Source: Pocillopora damicornis (lineage: Eukaryota). Taken from it: a stretch of DNA of 64,000 nucleotides. Position 1 is the first letter of the stretch. Every line of letters begins with the position of its first letter. Shown here one piece after another: positions 62,364 through 64,000 of the stretch. The stretch is taken from positions 372,001-436,000 of the forward strand of contig NW_020846655.1 in NCBI RefSeq assembly GCF_003704095.1, written 5' to 3'. The position numbers were made by a program, and so were the translations under genes. The notes beneath the pieces were generated by a model, which was given only the letters and a program-made list of their open reading frames with translations, was not told the origin of the DNA and did not search any database.

Positions 62364-63901
62364 TTAAAGTTCATCCTTGGCTTTTGTTTCTTCATCTTCT
62401 GTTGCACTCTCTTCACTTTCTGTTTCTTCCTTACCCTCCTCTGTTTCATCTTCTTTTACCTCCTCAGATTCTTTGCCTTCTTCTTCCTGCAGAAATAAAG
62501 AAAGCAAACAATTAAAGTAACCAATTTTTTATCAACACACTATGGACTTTTTTTTTAGTGTATGTTATGAGCATTTGAAGCTAGGTATTTTTCCCCTAAA
62601 GACACATTTGGGCTTGAAAAGACAAGTCACTGTTGCATATTGAAATGAAATTAAAGTTTAATAATAATGAAAAAAGGTATAATTTTTAACTGTTCTAAAA
62701 TTTTTCCACTCCATCTCGTCTTGATTATAAGACGCACCTCTTCCTCTTCCTCATCCTCTTCATCTTCTTCCTCTGCTTTCTTCTTGTCCTCCTCTTCTTT
62801 CCTCTTCTTTTCTTCTTCCTCTCTTTCTTTGCGTTCCTTTTCATCCTGCTCATCCTTCATTTTCTTTTCACCTTCCTTGGTTTTCTCAAAAGTTTCCTTT
62901 GCAAATTGTTCTGCATACTCCACAGAATCTGTTACAAGGATATTATCAAAAATGGTTCCAGATTTAACCTGGAATAAGAAAAGGATTTTAAAATAAAAAG
63001 CTCTGTTAGACCCCACTCTTTGACAAGTCACAAGTAGTGAACAGAAAACAATTATGGCTTACCTGCCACAGATCAAATCCAATGGCACCAATGTCATCAT
63101 ACTTGTAAAGTTTGTCATCAGGTTGGTATTCAGGGTTGTCAATTTCTGGGTGGATCCACTCTCCCTTGTAGTTAGGATTGTCAATCTGTTTGGGTTTCCA
63201 TTCTCCCTAGAGGGGAAAAAAGGTAGAATAACTATAACTGTTGAAATTAAAATGAGTACATATGATGATCAGGTCAGTTGCGAAACATCCCTTCAATTTT
63301 TGCTAACAGGGTTGTCCACCAACCTTGTAGTCTGGGTTGTCGATCATTGGAGGTTCCCATTCACCATCAATCTCATCATCCCAGTCATCAGGCTTCTTAG
63401 CATCAGGATCAGGGATGTGCTGAGGCTTGTCCCAATCCTGAAGCAGAGAATTCTCACATTAAATTACACTGAGAACAAATGTGCTCAAAAAATAATTCGC
63501 TCTTCTTCCCAAAGTAAAAACCAAACTTCCTTCAACATGCAAATAACCTTAAGATTCTATGAATTCTTTTCTATATACCCTTGCAAGTCAGCTACAAAGT
63601 GGTAAAAAGATTTTACAAGTTCACAGGGTTACCAGATTAGACACTGAACTCACCTCAGTTAAACCTAACACACAACACTATTAAATTTACCTCAGGTTTC
63701 TTATCCTCTGGGTCATCAATCTTCTTTTTATCATCCCAGTCCTCTGGTTTCTTGGCCTCAGGATCTTTTATCTTCTTTGGTGGCAGAAAATCCCAGTCAG
63801 CTTCAAGCTCGCCACTTTCAACCTTCTCTCCATCAATACGAACCTCATAGGTGTTATCAGACTTCACAATCAGTGTGTAGAGATGGGTGAACTCATCATC
63901 C
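62364..63901 (-). CDS. CALR: Calreticulin, 3' exons (about 63901-63691, 63437-63324, 63206-63063, 62969-62737, 62487-62364); continues beyond the window
   Basis: [19 protein letters not shown]; P-domain repeats [37 protein letters not shown] and WKPKQIDNP; [21 protein letters not shown]; acidic tail ending KDEL*. Confidence 0.97.
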
Positions 63902-64000
63902 TGAGAGAAAAATCTGCTGGTTAGGCAAGTATAAACTGTTGACTTGGAAGAGAGGTTTTTCGTGAATTTAATTAGCTTGGAAGCAAGTATTTTGAGATTC

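Noticed and set aside
62667-63605. Plus-strand ORFs of 109 and 183 aa
   Set aside because: These are antisense shadows of the repetitive calreticulin exons; the same applies to the antisense ORFs over SKIV2L, ACOT and RING-NHL.

Overview
A eukaryotic, AT-rich, intron-containing animal genome window with seven N-gaps. Gene content and dispersed repeats look like an anthozoan cnidarian, probably a stony coral (inference). Gene order: a tandemly duplicated UDP-glucuronosyltransferase (copy 1 complete with 5 exons; copy 2 has only exons 4-5 visible after a LINE remnant, a Crypton-like element and a gap); SKIV2L/SKI2 helicase (-) head-to-head with a FAM124-like gene (+); a single-exon ACOT11/12-like hotdog-START thioesterase (-); a CHST/HNK-1-family sulfotransferase (+) tail-to-tail with an 8-exon DUF72 (YecE/UPF0759-family) gene (-), which is head-to-head with GORAB (+); a single-exon RING/coiled-coil/NHL protein (-); a gap-flanked CDC16 fragment (+); single-exon COMMD2 (-) and JMJD7 (+) head-to-head; and the 3' part of calreticulin (-). 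The most notable observation is the DUF72 gene. This family is known mainly from prokaryotes, yet here it is fully spliceosomal and ends in a consensus PCNA-interacting (PIP) box, QRMISDFFKK*, which suggests an undescribed PCNA-coupled DNA repair or replication factor. Other points are uORFs before SKIV2L, shared YY1-like motifs at three bidirectional promoters, SINEs nested at nearly the same site of one MITE family, and possible proto-MHC linkage. All exon boundaries were derived by hand from GT-AG sites and reading-frame continuity; no database searches were run.
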